Shown: positions 8,484-19,800, numbered from the stretch's first letter. The stretch is DNA of 64,000 bases from an uncultured Planctomycetaceae bacterium (GCA_964652605.1 CAZZBH010000004.1:310-64309); one strand, 5' to 3'. Numbers and translations are program-made. The notes: a model not told the origin generated them from the sequence alone.

Positions 8484-11270
8484 CTATTTCTTTTCATCCG
8501 GTGGCTTTGCGGCTTTGTCGCTTGGTGGCTGATCTGGTTCTTTGGTGTCGGCTTTGCCGGATTCGGGGTCGATGTCCTGTTTCTTCAGCGTGCGGGTGGC
8601 CATTTGCTTCGCGAGGCGCTCGGCGTCGCTGAGCGTTTCATCTTTGGCACTGTCGCCGGTTTGCGCTTCGCCTTCTTTGGCGGTGTCCGCGGGGGAGTCA
8701 GTCGGCTTTTCGGGCTGCTTCTCCGGTGCGGCTTCCTTGGCGACTTCCTTGCCTTCGCTTTCTGCGTTCTCCTTGGCCAGCTCGACCTCTCGCCGCGCCA
8801 TGGATTCGGCGCGGTCGCGCTCCTCGATGGACATGCCCGCGATCGCCAGGTCTTCCTCGGTCATCTCGCCGCGACTTTTGCGCACGTAACGCAGGATGCG
8901 CGACTTCTTCTTGCGTGACTCCTGGTCGCGCTGCTTGGCGTCCATCTCGGCGTAGCCTTTGTAGCTGACGACGCGCTGCGGCCACGGAATCTCGACGCCC
9001 AGCTCATCAAATCGCAGCTTGATGCGCCGCTTGTATTCGCGCGACGCACCCCATTGCTCGCCGGCACGCGTCTTGAGCAACAGCCGGATCACCACGCCAC
9101 TGTCGCCCAGGTCGTTCACGCCCATCAGCGCGAAATCGAGCACCTTCTTGTTCCAGGCTTCGTCTTCGCGCATCTCGCGCGCGACCGCTTCCATGATGGC
9201 CGAGACGTCGTCGGTGTTTTCCTCGTACGCGACACCCACGTCGATGATCGTGCGCGACCACTGCTTGGTCTGGTTGGTCGTCAATGAAATGTGGCCGTTC
9301 GGAATCACGTGCACGTCGCCATTGAGGCTGCGCAGCACCGTGGTGCGAAGGTTGAGGTTCTCGACCGTGCCCACTTTGCCGCCGACCTCCACCACGTCGC
9401 CAATGCTGTACTGGCCCTCCAGCAGGATAAAGAACCCCGCGAAAAAGTCCTTCACCAGGCTTTGCGCGCCGAAGCCTACCGCCAGCGACACGCCGCCCGC
9501 GGCCACAAGCAGCGGGCCGTAGTCCACATCAAACTGCGCCAGCGTGAACATGATCGCGGTGATGTACACCACAAGCCGCGTGGTCGTCATGAACACGGTC
9601 ATCAACGTGCGACCGCGCTGCAATTCATCGGCACTGAGCTCAGACTTGCGGTCGCTGCGGCGCACCAGCTTTTCCAGCAGCGGTGAAACAAACACCCGAA
9701 TCAGCAGCACCAGCAGCCAGGCTGCAGCGAACACCACCACGACTTTCAACGAACGCACGCCGACCGTCTCGGCGATCTCGGCGTAGTATTCGTCGCGGGT
9801 GGCCGGCAATGTTTCCTCTTCGATGAGGCTGATCTTCTCCTGCAGGGATTCAGTCCTGCGGTCGAACATTTCGATCTGTGTCTGTGTTTGCCGCGTGTCG
9901 CGCTTGGCGGCGCTCAGCCGCTCGTTGATGGCGGCGATCTCCTCATTCAGCACAAACCGGCGGATCTCCGGCAGGTACAACAGCACACGGGCGCGCTGCT
10001 GGCGTGTGGCGCCCTCCGGCACGGCGTGCGCCTCCTCCAGTTCGCGCAGGGCCTGCTCCACCGCACGCAACTGTGCCTCGACCTCCTGCTCGACAATGCG
10101 CTTGGCCTCGACGACCTTTGACAGCGCCGCGCGCTCTTCGGCGATACGCTCAAGCTCGCGCTTTGCGTCCACTACGTCGCGCTCAAGCTCGTCGATGCGC
10201 TGCCCCAGCTTCTGGTACTCCGACAGCTCTCCGTCGCCATTGGCGGCAGCGGCCTCATCGGATGGTGCGGCAGTTGCCGAGACAATGTCCTTCAGCCGTT
10301 CTGTCTCGTCTTCCAGGCGCTCTTTGAAGTCTTCCCTCACGTCGATGGCGGCCTGCGCGTCGCGCAAGCGGCCTTCAAACGCATACACGCGCATCGGCAC
10401 GTCGGCGCCGGCCCGGCTGCGGCGGCGGGCCAGGCGTGTCTCGATCTGGCGGGTCAGGTCGCCAAGCTCGGCAACTGGGCGCGGCTGGCCGTTGATGTCC
10501 ATGCTCTCGGCGGGTGTGCCGGCGAACATCTCGGCATGCGCCGGCGCTTCGCGAAGCGCGCGCAAAGCCTCAAGCGCGCGCTCTTCATAGCGCACGTAGG
10601 CGGCAAACACGTGAGTCGCCAGGTGGTCGTACTCGTCGATTGCCAGTTTCAGGCGGTTCTCTGCCCAGCGCAGCTCGTATTGCAGCTTCGCAAGGTCGTC
10701 CAGCCTCGTGTACACGATGCTGTCCTTGAACTTGAACTCCTCCATTTCGGCAGACAGCGCGGCGATGCGCCCGAGCTCTTCCTCGGCGTCGCGGATTGCC
10801 CGCGCGAGCACACCTTCGATTGCTTCGTCGCCGTCGGTTGCAACGACAAGCTCAGCCGCTGCACGCGTTCCCAGTGCGACAAGCCGGTCGTACTCGATGC
10901 GCGCGTCGAGTTGCTCTCGCGATGGTCCCTGTCTTGCGGCTTCCAGCGCGCGTCGCAGTTGCTCGATGCGAGTTTGTTGCTCGCTGGCCGCAGTCTGCAA
11001 CGACTTGAGCGAAGCTTCGCGGGTGGCCTTAACCTCGGGTGAAATACCCTCTTCCTGCACGGCCGTCTCGGCCTGGGTGATCTGCGCGCGTGTCTGGGTG
11101 AGCTGCTCCTCCAGCGCGGCCAACTGCGCGGCCACCGCCGGTACGTCTTCGCGCGCGTACGGCGGAGATGGCAGCTTTTCGCCGTTCGGCGTATCTGGTG
11201 ACTGCGCAAACACTGACGCCGCAAACAAAGCCGCCACCATCACCACAAGCCATGCAGGTTGTCTCATCAT
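8484..11270 (-). CDS. Mechanosensitive ion channel, MscS family (MscK-like long form) with coiled-coil periplasmic N-domain and acidic/Lys-rich C-tail
   Basis: Signal peptide MMRQPAWLVVMVAALFAASVFAQ and a ~450-aa heptad-rich region. The MscS core reads LVKDFFAGFFILLEGQYSIGDVVEVGGKVGTVENLNLRTTVLRSLNGDVHVIPNG. Confidence 0.9.
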   Translation of the reverse strand: MMRQPAWLVVMVAALFAASVFAQSPDTPNGEKLPSPPYAREDVPAVAAQLAALEEQLTQTRAQITQAETAVQEEGISPEVKATREASLKSLQTAASEQQTRIEQLRRALEAARQGPSREQLDARIEYDRLVALGTRAAAELVVATDGDEAIEGVLARAIRDAEEELGRIAALSAEMEEFKFKDSIVYTRLDDLAKLQYELRWAENRLKLAIDEYDHLATHVFAAYVRYEERALEALRALREAPAHAEMFAGTPAESMDINGQPRPVAELGDLTRQIETRLARRRSRAGADVPMRVYAFEGRLRDAQAAIDVREDFKERLEDETERLKDIVSATAAPSDEAAAANGDGELSEYQKLGQRIDELERDVVDAKRELERIAEERAALSKVVEAKRIVEQEVEAQLRAVEQALRELEEAHAVPEGATRQQRARVLLYLPEIRRFVLNEEIAAINERLSAAKRDTRQTQTQIEMFDRRTESLQEKISLIEEETLPATRDEYYAEIAETVGVRSLKVVVVFAAAWLLVLLIRVFVSPLLEKLVRRSDRKSELSADELQRGRTLMTVFMTTTRLVVYITAIMFTLAQFDVDYGPLLVAAGGVSLAVGFGAQSLVKDFFAGFFILLEGQYSIGDVVEVGGKVGTVENLNLRTTVLRSLNGDVHVIPNGHISLTTNQTKQWSRTIIDVGVAYEENTDDVSAIMEAVAREMREDEAWNKKVLDFALMGVNDLGDSGVVIRLLLKTRAGEQWGASREYKRRIKLRFDELGVEIPWPQRVVSYKGYAEMDAKQRDQESRKKKSRILRYVRKSRGEMTEEDLAIAGMSIEERDRAESMARREVELAKENAESEGKEVAKEAAPEKQPEKPTDSPADTAKEGEAQTGDSAKDETLSDAERLAKQMATRTLKKQDIDPESGKADTKEPDQPPSDKAAKPPDEKK

Positions 11271-11301
11271 GCCTATCCGCAGTTGTTTCCCCGGTTTCTT
11301 T

Positions 11302-11340
11302 GTCAGATCCAGTCGTCAGATCCAGTCGTCAGATCCAGTC
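11302..11340. repeat. Perfect 13-bp tandem repeat x3 (GTCAGATCCAGTC) between the ptsI stop and the channel-gene start
   Basis: The three units at 11302..11314, 11315..11327 and 11328..11340 are identical. Confidence 0.95.
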
Positions 11341-11344
11341 AGCC

Positions 11345-13096
11345 CTAGTACCCGAATTCGTCGGGCGGCAACAGGCGTTCTGCCTCTGCATCCAGCAGCC
11401 TTGCGATTTCGTCCGCGTCGGCAAGCCCCAGCGCCTTTTCTGCCATGCTGGTAGCCTCTACCGTGGTTACGCGCGACACCAGTGTGCGCAGCTCCGGCAG
11501 GCTGGTCGGGCCTACGCTGAAGTCGCGCAGGCCCATGCCCAGCAGGAGAATGGCAAAACGCGCCTCGCCCGCCATTTCGCCGCAAACGCTGACAGGTTTG
11601 CCCGCGTTATTGCAGGCCTGGATGACCATCCTGATCAACCGCAGCACTGCGGGGTTGGTATGCTTGAACAGGTTGGCGACGTACTGGTTGTTGCGGTCAA
11701 CCGCCAGCGTGTACTGCACAAGGTCGTTGGTGCCAATGCTGAAGAAGTCGCACTCGTTGATGAACGTGTCGATGCAAAGCGCGGCGCTGGGAACCTCGAC
11801 CATCATGCCCACAGGCACGTCGTCGCGGTGCGGCACACCGTCGCGCTTGAGTTCATTGAGCGTGTTGTCCACGATCGCTCGCGCTGCCCGCAGCTCTTCT
11901 ACGCTTCCTACCATCGGCAGCATGATGCGCGTCGGCCCCAGCAGCGCCGCGCGCATGGCCGCGCGCAACTGCGTGATCAGCAGGTGCGGCTCGCGCAGGC
12001 TTAGGCGAATGCTGCGGCAGCCCAGAAACGGGTTGTCCTCGCGCTCAAGCCCCACTTCGGTCGCAAACTTGTCGGCCCCGAAGTCCATGGTGCGCAGTGT
12101 CAGCGTTCGGCCTTCCAGCACCTGGTGCGCGCGCCGGTACACCTCGTAATGCTGTTCTTCGGTGGGATGCGCACCGAACTGGCTGTAGATGAACTCGGTG
12201 CGAAACAGCCCTACCCCGTCGGCGCCGTAGTGCAGGGCCAGTTCAATTTCGTTGTCCCACTCAATGTTCGCGTACAGGTTGACCAGTGCGCCATCGCTTG
12301 TCGTGCGCGCGGCTTTGCTGGCAAGATCGGCCAGGCGCTTTTCGCGGTCGAGAAAGCCCTGGCTTCTAAGCTCATATTTGGCGCGGCTGGCGTCGTCGGG
12401 ATTGACGATCACGCGCCCGGACTGCCCGTCCACAATCACCACGTCGCCGCCGCTGACGTCGCTTGAGATCGTCCCCAGGCCCACCACGGCGGGAATGCCC
12501 AACGCGTTGGCCAGAATGGCTGTGTGGCTTGTCGCGCCGCCGACATCGGTGACAAAGCCAGCGACCATTTTTTTGTCCAGCGTGGCCGTCTGGCTTGGTG
12601 TCAGGTCGTGCGCGACGACGACGACCTTGCGGTCAAGCTTGGAAAGCTCGTGAGCGCGCTGTCCCAGCAGGTTGCGCAGCAGGCGCTTCTGGATGTCGTA
12701 GAAGTCGTTGACCCGCTGAAGGAAGTACGGGTCGTGAATCTCCTTCATCGGCTTGATGATCTTCTTGAAGACGCGCGAGACGGCGTACTCGGGCGTATAG
12801 CGTTTGGTTTTGATTTTCTCAGGTATCTCGCGCTTGATCAGCGGGTCGTCAAGCATGCTCAAGTGCGCGGTGAAGATCAGGCTGACTTCGGTCTTGGCGG
12901 TTGAGTGCACGCCGTCGCGGATCTCGGTGATTTCCTGGATGGCACGTGTGCGCGCCATCTCGAAGCGTTTAAGCTCTGTCTCGACTTCGTCCTTGCGGAT
13001 GAAGCGGCGCGGTATCCGGAAACTCTCCGAATCCAGCACCAGCGCCGGCGCGATTGCCACGCCGGGCGAAACAGGAATGCCGTTCTTGATCTCCAT
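11345..13096 (-). CDS. ptsI: Phosphoenolpyruvate-protein phosphotransferase (PTS enzyme I)
   Basis: MEIKNGIPVSPGVAIAPALV start, phospho-His region GGATSHTAILANALGIPAVVG, PEP-utilising motifs FFSIGTNDLVQY and VSVCGEMAG. ATG 13096 was chosen over the longer ORF. Confidence 0.9.
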   Translation of the reverse strand: MEIKNGIPVSPGVAIAPALVLDSESFRIPRRFIRKDEVETELKRFEMARTRAIQEITEIRDGVHSTAKTEVSLIFTAHLSMLDDPLIKREIPEKIKTKRYTPEYAVSRVFKKIIKPMKEIHDPYFLQRVNDFYDIQKRLLRNLLGQRAHELSKLDRKVVVVAHDLTPSQTATLDKKMVAGFVTDVGGATSHTAILANALGIPAVVGLGTISSDVSGGDVVIVDGQSGRVIVNPDDASRAKYELRSQGFLDREKRLADLASKAARTTSDGALVNLYANIEWDNEIELALHYGADGVGLFRTEFIYSQFGAHPTEEQHYEVYRRAHQVLEGRTLTLRTMDFGADKFATEVGLEREDNPFLGCRSIRLSLREPHLLITQLRAAMRAALLGPTRIMLPMVGSVEELRAARAIVDNTLNELKRDGVPHRDDVPVGMMVEVPSAALCIDTFINECDFFSIGTNDLVQYTLAVDRNNQYVANLFKHTNPAVLRLIRMVIQACNNAGKPVSVCGEMAGEARFAILLLGMGLRDFSVGPTSLPELRTLVSRVTTVEATSMAEKALGLADADEIARLLDAEAERLLPPDEFGY

Positions 13097-13340
13097 TCGT
13101 CCCCCACGCGCCGCAGCCTTCGCGGCGCGCAACCGGGCCAACAGGGAAGCTGAGGAAACGCCTGCGCGTCCCGGAGAGCTTCCGGCCCGGAGTATGACCA
13201 TGCGACCGATTCAAGGCCGGACGCGGGCCCATGCCGGAAAGGCGGCGCGCGGTTTATAGCAACCAATGCCGATGATCGCGCCCCTGCCAATCAGGAAAAG
13301 TTTGTAAGGGCAAATTGCGTACGCTGCGGCCCGGTTGGCC

Positions 13341-13841
13341 TCACCGACCGCCGCCCTGCACGCGCGCAGTTCGTGTCTCTGCGCGACCGGCTTTGCGCGC
13401 CTGGTAGCGCGCGTCAGCTTCCTGGTTGAGGCGCTTGTCGCGTTCTGTCTCCAGCTTCACCTGCGGGATCTCTGTGGGCTTCATGTTGTCGCCGACGGCT
13501 ACAAAGCTGAAAAATGCTTCGCAAACCAGTGCGCGGTCGCCGGTCAGAGGTGCCTCGGCGATGGCATCGACATAGATTTCCATGCTGGTGCGGGCGGTGA
13601 AGTGCACGCGGGCTGTCAGATCGAGCAAATACCCCTCATGCACCGGAAGCCTGAAATCCACCTTGTCTATGCTGACCGTGACGCAGTTCTTGCGCGCGTG
13701 CCGGATCGCCGCCATCGCAGCCACACGGTCCATCAACGCCATCAACTGGCCGCCGAAGAGCGTGCCGTGAACATTGAGGTCCTGCGGCTGCACAATCCAC
13801 GTCATGTGGCTCTGGCTTTCGCCGGCGGGGCGGGGCTGCAT
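13341..13841 (-). CDS. Acyl-CoA thioesterase (hotdog fold, YciA-like)
   Basis: QPQDLNVHGTLFGGQLMALMDRVAAMAA and VTVSIDKVDFRLPVHEG match the 4HBT/acyl-CoA thioester hydrolase pattern. The start is uncertain (13841 or 13907). Confidence 0.8.
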   Translation of the reverse strand: MQPRPAGESQSHMTWIVQPQDLNVHGTLFGGQLMALMDRVAAMAAIRHARKNCVTVSIDKVDFRLPVHEGYLLDLTARVHFTARTSMEIYVDAIAEAPLTGDRALVCEAFFSFVAVGDNMKPTEIPQVKLETERDKRLNQEADARYQARKAGRAETRTARVQGGGR

Positions 13842-13885
13842 GAGTTCTCCTTGCGCGTGGGCGCGTATGCCGCGAAGATAACGCC

Positions 13886-14506
13886 ATGGGCGCGAAAACG
13901 CATCCACTGTTGCGCAGGCTTGAGCAGGTCTGCGCCCAAGCCGACGCCGAGTTTGAGCGCGCCCGCAACCTGCACGGCGCGCGCATCAAGTGCGCTTCCG
14001 GCTGCAGCTCGTGTTGCAGCCAGATATTCCAGATCACTGAAGTTGAAGCCGCGCGCGTTTCGCGTTTCGTTGCCGGGCTGCCACAACCTCAGCAGGAACG
14101 CATGCTATCCCGCGCCACCGAAAACCTGCGAAAACGCGAATGGCTGTTCGGCGGCAACGAACAGTGGGGCGACACTCTGGAAGGCGGCGGCTTGCCCTGC
14201 CCCGCGCTGACCGAAAACGGCGCCTGCGGGATCTACGAAGCCAGGCCGATCTTGTGCCGCAAGTTTGGCGTGCCGATCTACAACCCCGACAAACCTGGGC
14301 AGGTGATGGCATGCGAGCTGAACTTCGCGCCGGGCGACGCAATCGAGGACGACCAACTCGTAACAAAGCAAACCAGCCTGTATGAATCACAGTTAGCGTT
14401 GCAGTCAGAGTGGAACAACCAGGGCGGCGCGCGCGACAGCAAACCCTGGAGCGTAGCAAGAGCAATCGCTGAGCCAGCCGCCGACATGCTCGACGAACTC
14501 TCCTGA
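13886..14506 (+). CDS. YkgJ-family cysteine-cluster (CxxCxxCC) protein
   Basis: CASGCSSCCSQIF plus the downstream LPCPALTENGACGIYEARPILCRKFG match the UPF0153/YkgJ zinc/iron-chelating domain pattern. Confidence 0.8.
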   Translation: MGAKTHPLLRRLEQVCAQADAEFERARNLHGARIKCASGCSSCCSQIFQITEVEAARVSRFVAGLPQPQQERMLSRATENLRKREWLFGGNEQWGDTLEGGGLPCPALTENGACGIYEARPILCRKFGVPIYNPDKPGQVMACELNFAPGDAIEDDQLVTKQTSLYESQLALQSEWNNQGGARDSKPWSVARAIAEPAADMLDELS

Positions 14507-14766
14507 TGTGGTTTCGCGCGAAGCAAGCTCACATCGCATCCTGTCACGGCTATTGCCCACCTAGGCACACGAAGAAAAGCAACTTCGCCTCACGCAAAGC
14601 CGCCAAGCGCCCCCACCGTGCGGGTAGCGGGCGACACGGATGCGAAGCTTCGCGAGAAGGCATTTTGCGGTTTCTCGTGTCGATACGGCTAGCTTCGTGG
14701 GCAATGGCTTTGCAGTCGGCGCACACATCTTGATGCGCGCGACGCAGACCACGAAACAGGCGACAG

Positions 14767-14979
14767 CTACTCTTTCTCGTCGGGGTGTTCGGCTTTGTCG
14801 TGGAGGCGGTCGAAGCGGCCCTGGATTCTCTCGCGGTACTCTTCGCCCTTGTCTTCAAGCTGTTTTTTGCGCTCAGCCCACCAGAAGATCCACAACAGCC
14901 AAGCCGCAATAAAACCGAACGCCGCCCCCGTGAACAGCAGCGCAATCACCTGCCAGGCCTCGAACTGCGCAAGAATCAT
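14767..14979 (-). CDS. Hypothetical small membrane protein
   Basis: MILAQFEAWQVIALLFTGAAFGFIAAWLLWIFWW is one TM, followed by a charged tail. There is no homology evidence and coding status is uncertain. Confidence 0.4.
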   Translation of the reverse strand: MILAQFEAWQVIALLFTGAAFGFIAAWLLWIFWWAERKKQLEDKGEEYRERIQGRFDRLHDKAEHPDEKE

Positions 14980-15104
14980 GAGCAGACCTCCGTCGTGTAA
15001 GCCGAAGCAGCAGGGCCACACTGCGGATCCCCGCAATTTGCCCCAAAACAGCGTTCCGGCGGGCGGGGCGTGGCTGTGGCACCTCTGCCACCTTGGTTTC
15101 AGGT

Positions 15105-15181
15105 TGGCACCCCGGACAGGATTTGAACCTGTGACCTTCGGTTTAGGAAACCGACGCTCTATCCAGCTGAGCTACCGGGGC
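15105..15181 (-). tRNA. tRNA-Arg (anticodon CCT), CCA encoded
   Basis: The reverse complement folds as GCCCCGG-TA-GCTC-AGCTGGATA-GAGC-G-TCGGT-TTCCTAA-ACCGA-AGGTC-ACAGG-TTCAAAT-CCTGT-CCGGGGT-G-CCA. Confidence 0.95.
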
Positions 15182-15283
15182 GTAGCCGGAGTTTAGCAAT
15201 GGCACCATGGGTCGAAAGAACACGCCTCAGCCGGTAATGCCTCAGTTTGCCTTGTTGTCGGATTGCCATGTCCATACCGCACA

Positions 15284-15509
15284 CCGCAGAGTCGCAGAGA
15301 AGGCACTTCTAGCGGCACGCGAAGCCGATTGGCGGGCCAGTTCTCGCGTTCTATCGCACCGTTCGTGCGATCGGTGAACGGTTCTTCGTCGAGAAAAGTA
15401 GATTGCATACACCTGCCGATGCTTCGACGTTGGACCGTTACCCTGCGGCGATGAACTCTCGGCGAAGGCGGGTCTCTCAGCGTGCCTCTGCGCCCCTGCG
15501 CCTCGGCGG
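15284..15509. repeat. Intergenic element flanked by inverted arrays of 8-nt subrepeats (CGCAGAG type)
   Basis: The left arm CCGCAGAGTCGCAGAGAAGGCAC (15284..15306) is an imperfect inverted match to GTGCCTCTGCGCCCCTGCGCCTCGGCGG (15482..15509). Confidence 0.5.
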
Positions 15510-15565
15510 TCTGCCCTTTTCGGGCAACGAGTGTTCGATCAAGGTTCAAACTGAGACGCTACACC

Positions 15566-16747
15566 TCAGGCGTTGCCCAGCAGCAGCCCAAGCGCGACGC
15601 CGCCGCCGATCAGCACCAGCAGCACAGCCACCAGGATCGTCACCTTGACCCAGCTCAACGGCGCGCCGCCCTTGACGACGCCCGTGGCCCCGTTGATCAG
15701 CACGTTGTACGGCTTGTCCTTGAAGCGGTAAGCCATCACATACACCGGCAACAATACGTGCTTGAAGCTCTGGCCCCAGAACGTCGTTCGTACCTCCAGA
15801 AACCGGTGTGTGTCGCCGGGCACGTCGCCGGCACAGCGCGAGCGGCAGACGTCCATGATCCCGTTGCGCGCGATCTCCCAGCCCTGCTTGAGGTCCAGCG
15901 AGTAGCGCTCGGCACGAAAGCCGGCCAGATACCCCGCGTCGTACGGCACCACCGCCTGCGTCGGGAATGGCTCGATCTTTTTCATCAGCGCAGCCAGGTC
16001 GCTGCCGTAGTACTGGCGGCTGGCGCAGACAAGCCAGTCATCAAAAAAGTCGCGTCGCTGGCCGTTGGTCCACACCCAGCGCACCTTGCGCACTTGCCGC
16101 GTCTGTGTGCGGCCCTGGCTGTCGCGGTAGGTCTGGGTGACGTAGTAGTAGTAGCCCGCCTGGGCCGTCCAGCGTGAATGCGATTGGGTGTCATAGGTCC
16201 AGAACGGCACGTACACCCCGTGCAGATCCTCGACGTTCGCCCGTTGCTGCAGCGCGCGCGGCCTGACAAGCCGCACCCACAGCCGGCCCCAGAAGCCGTC
16301 GCCGCCGCGCAGCCACTTGCGAAAGCGCTCCAGCGCGTCGGGCGGCTTGAACTGGAAGGACAGCAGGCCCTCAGGCTGAAGCACGCCGGGCGGCAGCTCG
16401 TCCTCAATGATGCGCTTGCCGCCGCAGTAGTCGCAACGCGCGGTGACGGTGCCGGCTTCAACGATGATGTCGGCGCCGCAATCCTGGCACTTCACCTCGC
16501 GGCGCCCATGCGTCGGTACGTGCTTGCAGTGGCCGAGGTAGCGGGCGATGGCGTCCTGCAGGTCATACTCAACGACAGCGGCGCCGGCCTTGACCTCAAT
16601 CTGCTGTGTGTGGCCGCAATAGCCGCATTTGAGCTGCGACGCGCCGGGATTGAACTCAAGCTCAGCGCCGCATTGCCCGCACGGCAGAGTGGTTGCCGTG
16701 GACTTGCTGCCCTCGATGGGCCCGTCGTCGTTGTCCAGTTCGCTCAT
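15566..16747 (-). CDS. Zinc-ribbon protein with C-terminal TM anchor (hypothetical)
   Basis: Two CxxC...CxxC ribbons (CGQCGAELEF...CGYCGH; CQDCGADII...CDYCGG), a large middle domain, and the C-terminal helix VTILVAVLLVLIGGGVALGLLL. Confidence 0.7.
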   Translation of the reverse strand: MSELDNDDGPIEGSKSTATTLPCGQCGAELEFNPGASQLKCGYCGHTQQIEVKAGAAVVEYDLQDAIARYLGHCKHVPTHGRREVKCQDCGADIIVEAGTVTARCDYCGGKRIIEDELPPGVLQPEGLLSFQFKPPDALERFRKWLRGGDGFWGRLWVRLVRPRALQQRANVEDLHGVYVPFWTYDTQSHSRWTAQAGYYYYVTQTYRDSQGRTQTRQVRKVRWVWTNGQRRDFFDDWLVCASRQYYGSDLAALMKKIEPFPTQAVVPYDAGYLAGFRAERYSLDLKQGWEIARNGIMDVCRSRCAGDVPGDTHRFLEVRTTFWGQSFKHVLLPVYVMAYRFKDKPYNVLINGATGVVKGGAPLSWVKVTILVAVLLVLIGGGVALGLLLGNA

Positions 16748-16857
16748 GGCGCCCTTCTACTCTCCCTTTCGCGGGCTGTCATTTGCTGAACAATGCACGC
16801 GGCAAATCCGTAGTATCAGTAGCCGCCGGGCCGCCTCCGGCGTGCCAGGAGTTCAAG

Positions 16858-19800
16858 ATGCGCAGACTGTTGTCAATTCTCTTGCTTGTGATGTCGCCGC
16901 TCGCCGCCGCTGAGGCCTACCTGGCCGCGCCGCAGGCGCTGCAAGCCGAAACTGAAGATCGGGCCGAAGGCGCACAGGCGCGGCTGGTCGATGCCGAAGT
17001 CGCTCTCGACACCGGCCGCTACGCGGCCGCGCGGCTTGACTTCCGGGCAGTGTTGAAGGACGAGCCGGCCAACCAGGCCGCCGCCCGCGGACTGGCAGAA
17101 GTGTACGTGCAGACCGGCGACTACCGGTTTGCACAACGCGCGCTGGAGCAATGCTTTGAAGCCGCCGGCGACGACGCGCAAACCCGCACGCGCATTGCGC
17201 TGGCCCGCGTGATGCAGACGCGCGGCGACTACGACGGCGTGCTGGCCATCGCGCAGCAACTGCTGGAGGACGCGACGGCTGAGGCCAACGCCGATCAGCC
17301 GCGCGCCGACGTGCTGCTGGGTGCTTTGGATGGCGTGCTGCTCAAGGGCAACGTCCAGCGCCTGCGTGGTATGTACTCAGACGCCGAAGAAACCTATCGA
17401 GGTGTTGACCCACTGGTCAAGGCATACCGCGGCACGCTGCTGCGCATTGATCGCACCAAGGGCCGCCAGCCGGATCTGGCAGACGCCTGGGTCAGCGCCG
17501 GTGTGTGCTACTACTGGCTGAATGACCTGCACCTGGCCAACGATTGCTGGGGCAACGCGGTCACGGTGGCCGATGACTACCACCTGCGCGGCAACTCGTG
17601 GATGGCCCGCCTGTTCAATGAACAGCAGAACACCGAAAGCAGCAGCCGCGTCAACTACTCTGAGCGCACCCTGCGGCACAACCCCAACGTGGCCGACCTG
17701 CGGTTGCGGGTTGCTGAGTCGCACTTCTCGCGCTGGCGCAGCGGCCTGGGGTGGAAGGAACTGAACGAGGCGCTCAAGCTCAACCCGAATCACCCTGAGG
17801 CGCTGGCCTACCGCGCGGTGCAGTGCCTGTACACCGACCAGTACGAAAACGCGCGCAAAGACTACGAAGCCGCGCTCAAGGTCAACCCCCACCACGAAGA
17901 ATCGCTGGCGGCAAAGGCGTTGCACGGCGCGATGCTGGGGCTTGAAGATGTGCGCACCGACGCCACGAAGCAGATGCTGGCGGTCAACCCCAATCCCGCG
18001 CGTTTCTACGAGATCATTGCCGACGGCATGAGCGACCGTTTTCGCTACGTCGAGGCGCTGCCACTGTACGACAAGGCGGTGGAGGCAAACCCGAAACTCT
18101 GGACCGCGCACCGGGGCAAGGGCATGGCGCTGATGAACATGGGCGACGACGTCAACGGGCGCAAGTTGCTGAAGACGGCTTTCGACAACGACCCGCTGCG
18201 CAACAACATGCGCACCATCAACCTGTTGACGCTGCTGGAAAGCTACAAGCACTTTGAACGCTACGAATCACCCGATGGACGCTGGCGACTGCTGCTGCAC
18301 AAAAGCGAGGCCAGGGTGCTGCGCGACCTGTACATCCAGCACCTCGACGCCGCCTGGGAATCCATGGTGCGCAAGTACGACTTCAAGCCGCGCACGCCCA
18401 TCACCGTCGAGGCATTCCACGTGCACGCAGACTTTGAAGTGCGCACGCTGGGCATTACCGGCTTGCCGGCTTTGGGTGCCTGCTTCGGGCAGTTGATCAC
18501 GCTGGATTCGCCGTCGGCGCGCCCGCCCGGCACGTACAACTGGGCCAGCACGCTGCGGCACGAGATGGACCACGTGTTTCAACTGCAGATCAGCAACGGG
18601 CAGGTACCGCGCTGGCTCGCGGAGGGCTTGAGCGTATATGAAGAAAAGTCCACGCGCCCCGAGTGGGAGCGGCACATGGAAGACCAGTTGTTCATGCACT
18701 ACCACATGGACGACATCCCGCCGGTCAGCCGCTTCAACGAATGGTTCCGTGACGGAAGCAAAGTGCTGTTTGCCTATTACCTGGGCAACGTGATGCTCGA
18801 GTTCATTGACAAGAAGCTGGGCGGCATGGGCGCGGTGCGCGAAATGCTGGAGTTGTTCGGGCAGAAGAAGACACCCGGCGAAGTGTTTAAAGCGGCGCTT
18901 GAGATGGAGCCCGAGGAGTTCGATCGACGCTTCCGCGAGTATGTGCGCGACGAGCGCATTGCGCATCTGCGCATGGTGCCGCGCATCTCGGATTCGCGTG
19001 TGCAGGATCTGTACTTCCGTTATGAAGACGGCGAGGCGACCGAATCCGACATGGTGGAACTTGCGCTAGGCTACGCCCAGCGCGGCTCAAACCTGGACGC
19101 CAACACGTTTCTCGGCCTGGCAGGGCGCCGCGGCGCCGCCGAGCGCAAAGATCCCATCGGCGCACGCTTTCACTACGTCAAGGCGATGCTCACGCGCAGC
19201 GACGAGAACATCCCAGCCGGCCAGCGGCAGGCCCGCGCACGCGTGCACCTGCAAGAGGCATTGGCGCGAGGCTTGGAAGACTTCACGACCTACCTGCAGA
19301 TGGCGCAGTTCGCAGGAGCAGAGCAGAACCAGGCCATGGTGCTGCACTGGCTGCAACTGGCGCGCGACGCCTTTCCGGAAAGCAGCCGCCCTTACACTGC
19401 GCTGTACCAGTTGCACCAGCAAGCCGGCAACCATGACCAAGCCGTCAAAGCCGCCGAGAGCTGGATGGCCGTCGATGAAAACAACCTGCAGGTGCGCATG
19501 TGGCTGATCGAGCAAGTGTACAGCACCGGCGCCAACTGGGACAAAATGGAAACCATGGCTGAGCAGGCAATCAATGTCGCGCCGCTTGACCCGAAGCTGC
19601 ACCAGTACCGCGGCTATGCGTTGCGCCGCCTGAAGCGTTACGACGAAGCGGTCACCCACTACGAATACGTGCGCCGCATGGCAACCGGCGACACGCTGGA
19701 GGAGCGGAAAGCCGCCGAAATCGCCGCGATTCTCGACATCGCAGCCACCTGGCTTCATGCCGACGACAAGGAAAAGTGCCGCAAGGCGCTTGCGGAAGCC

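Noticed and set aside
11345-13096. A complete PTS sugar-transport locus.
   Set aside because: Only enzyme I is present, and no HPr or EII genes are adjacent. It is probably a regulatory or orphan EI, and nothing more can be said from this window.
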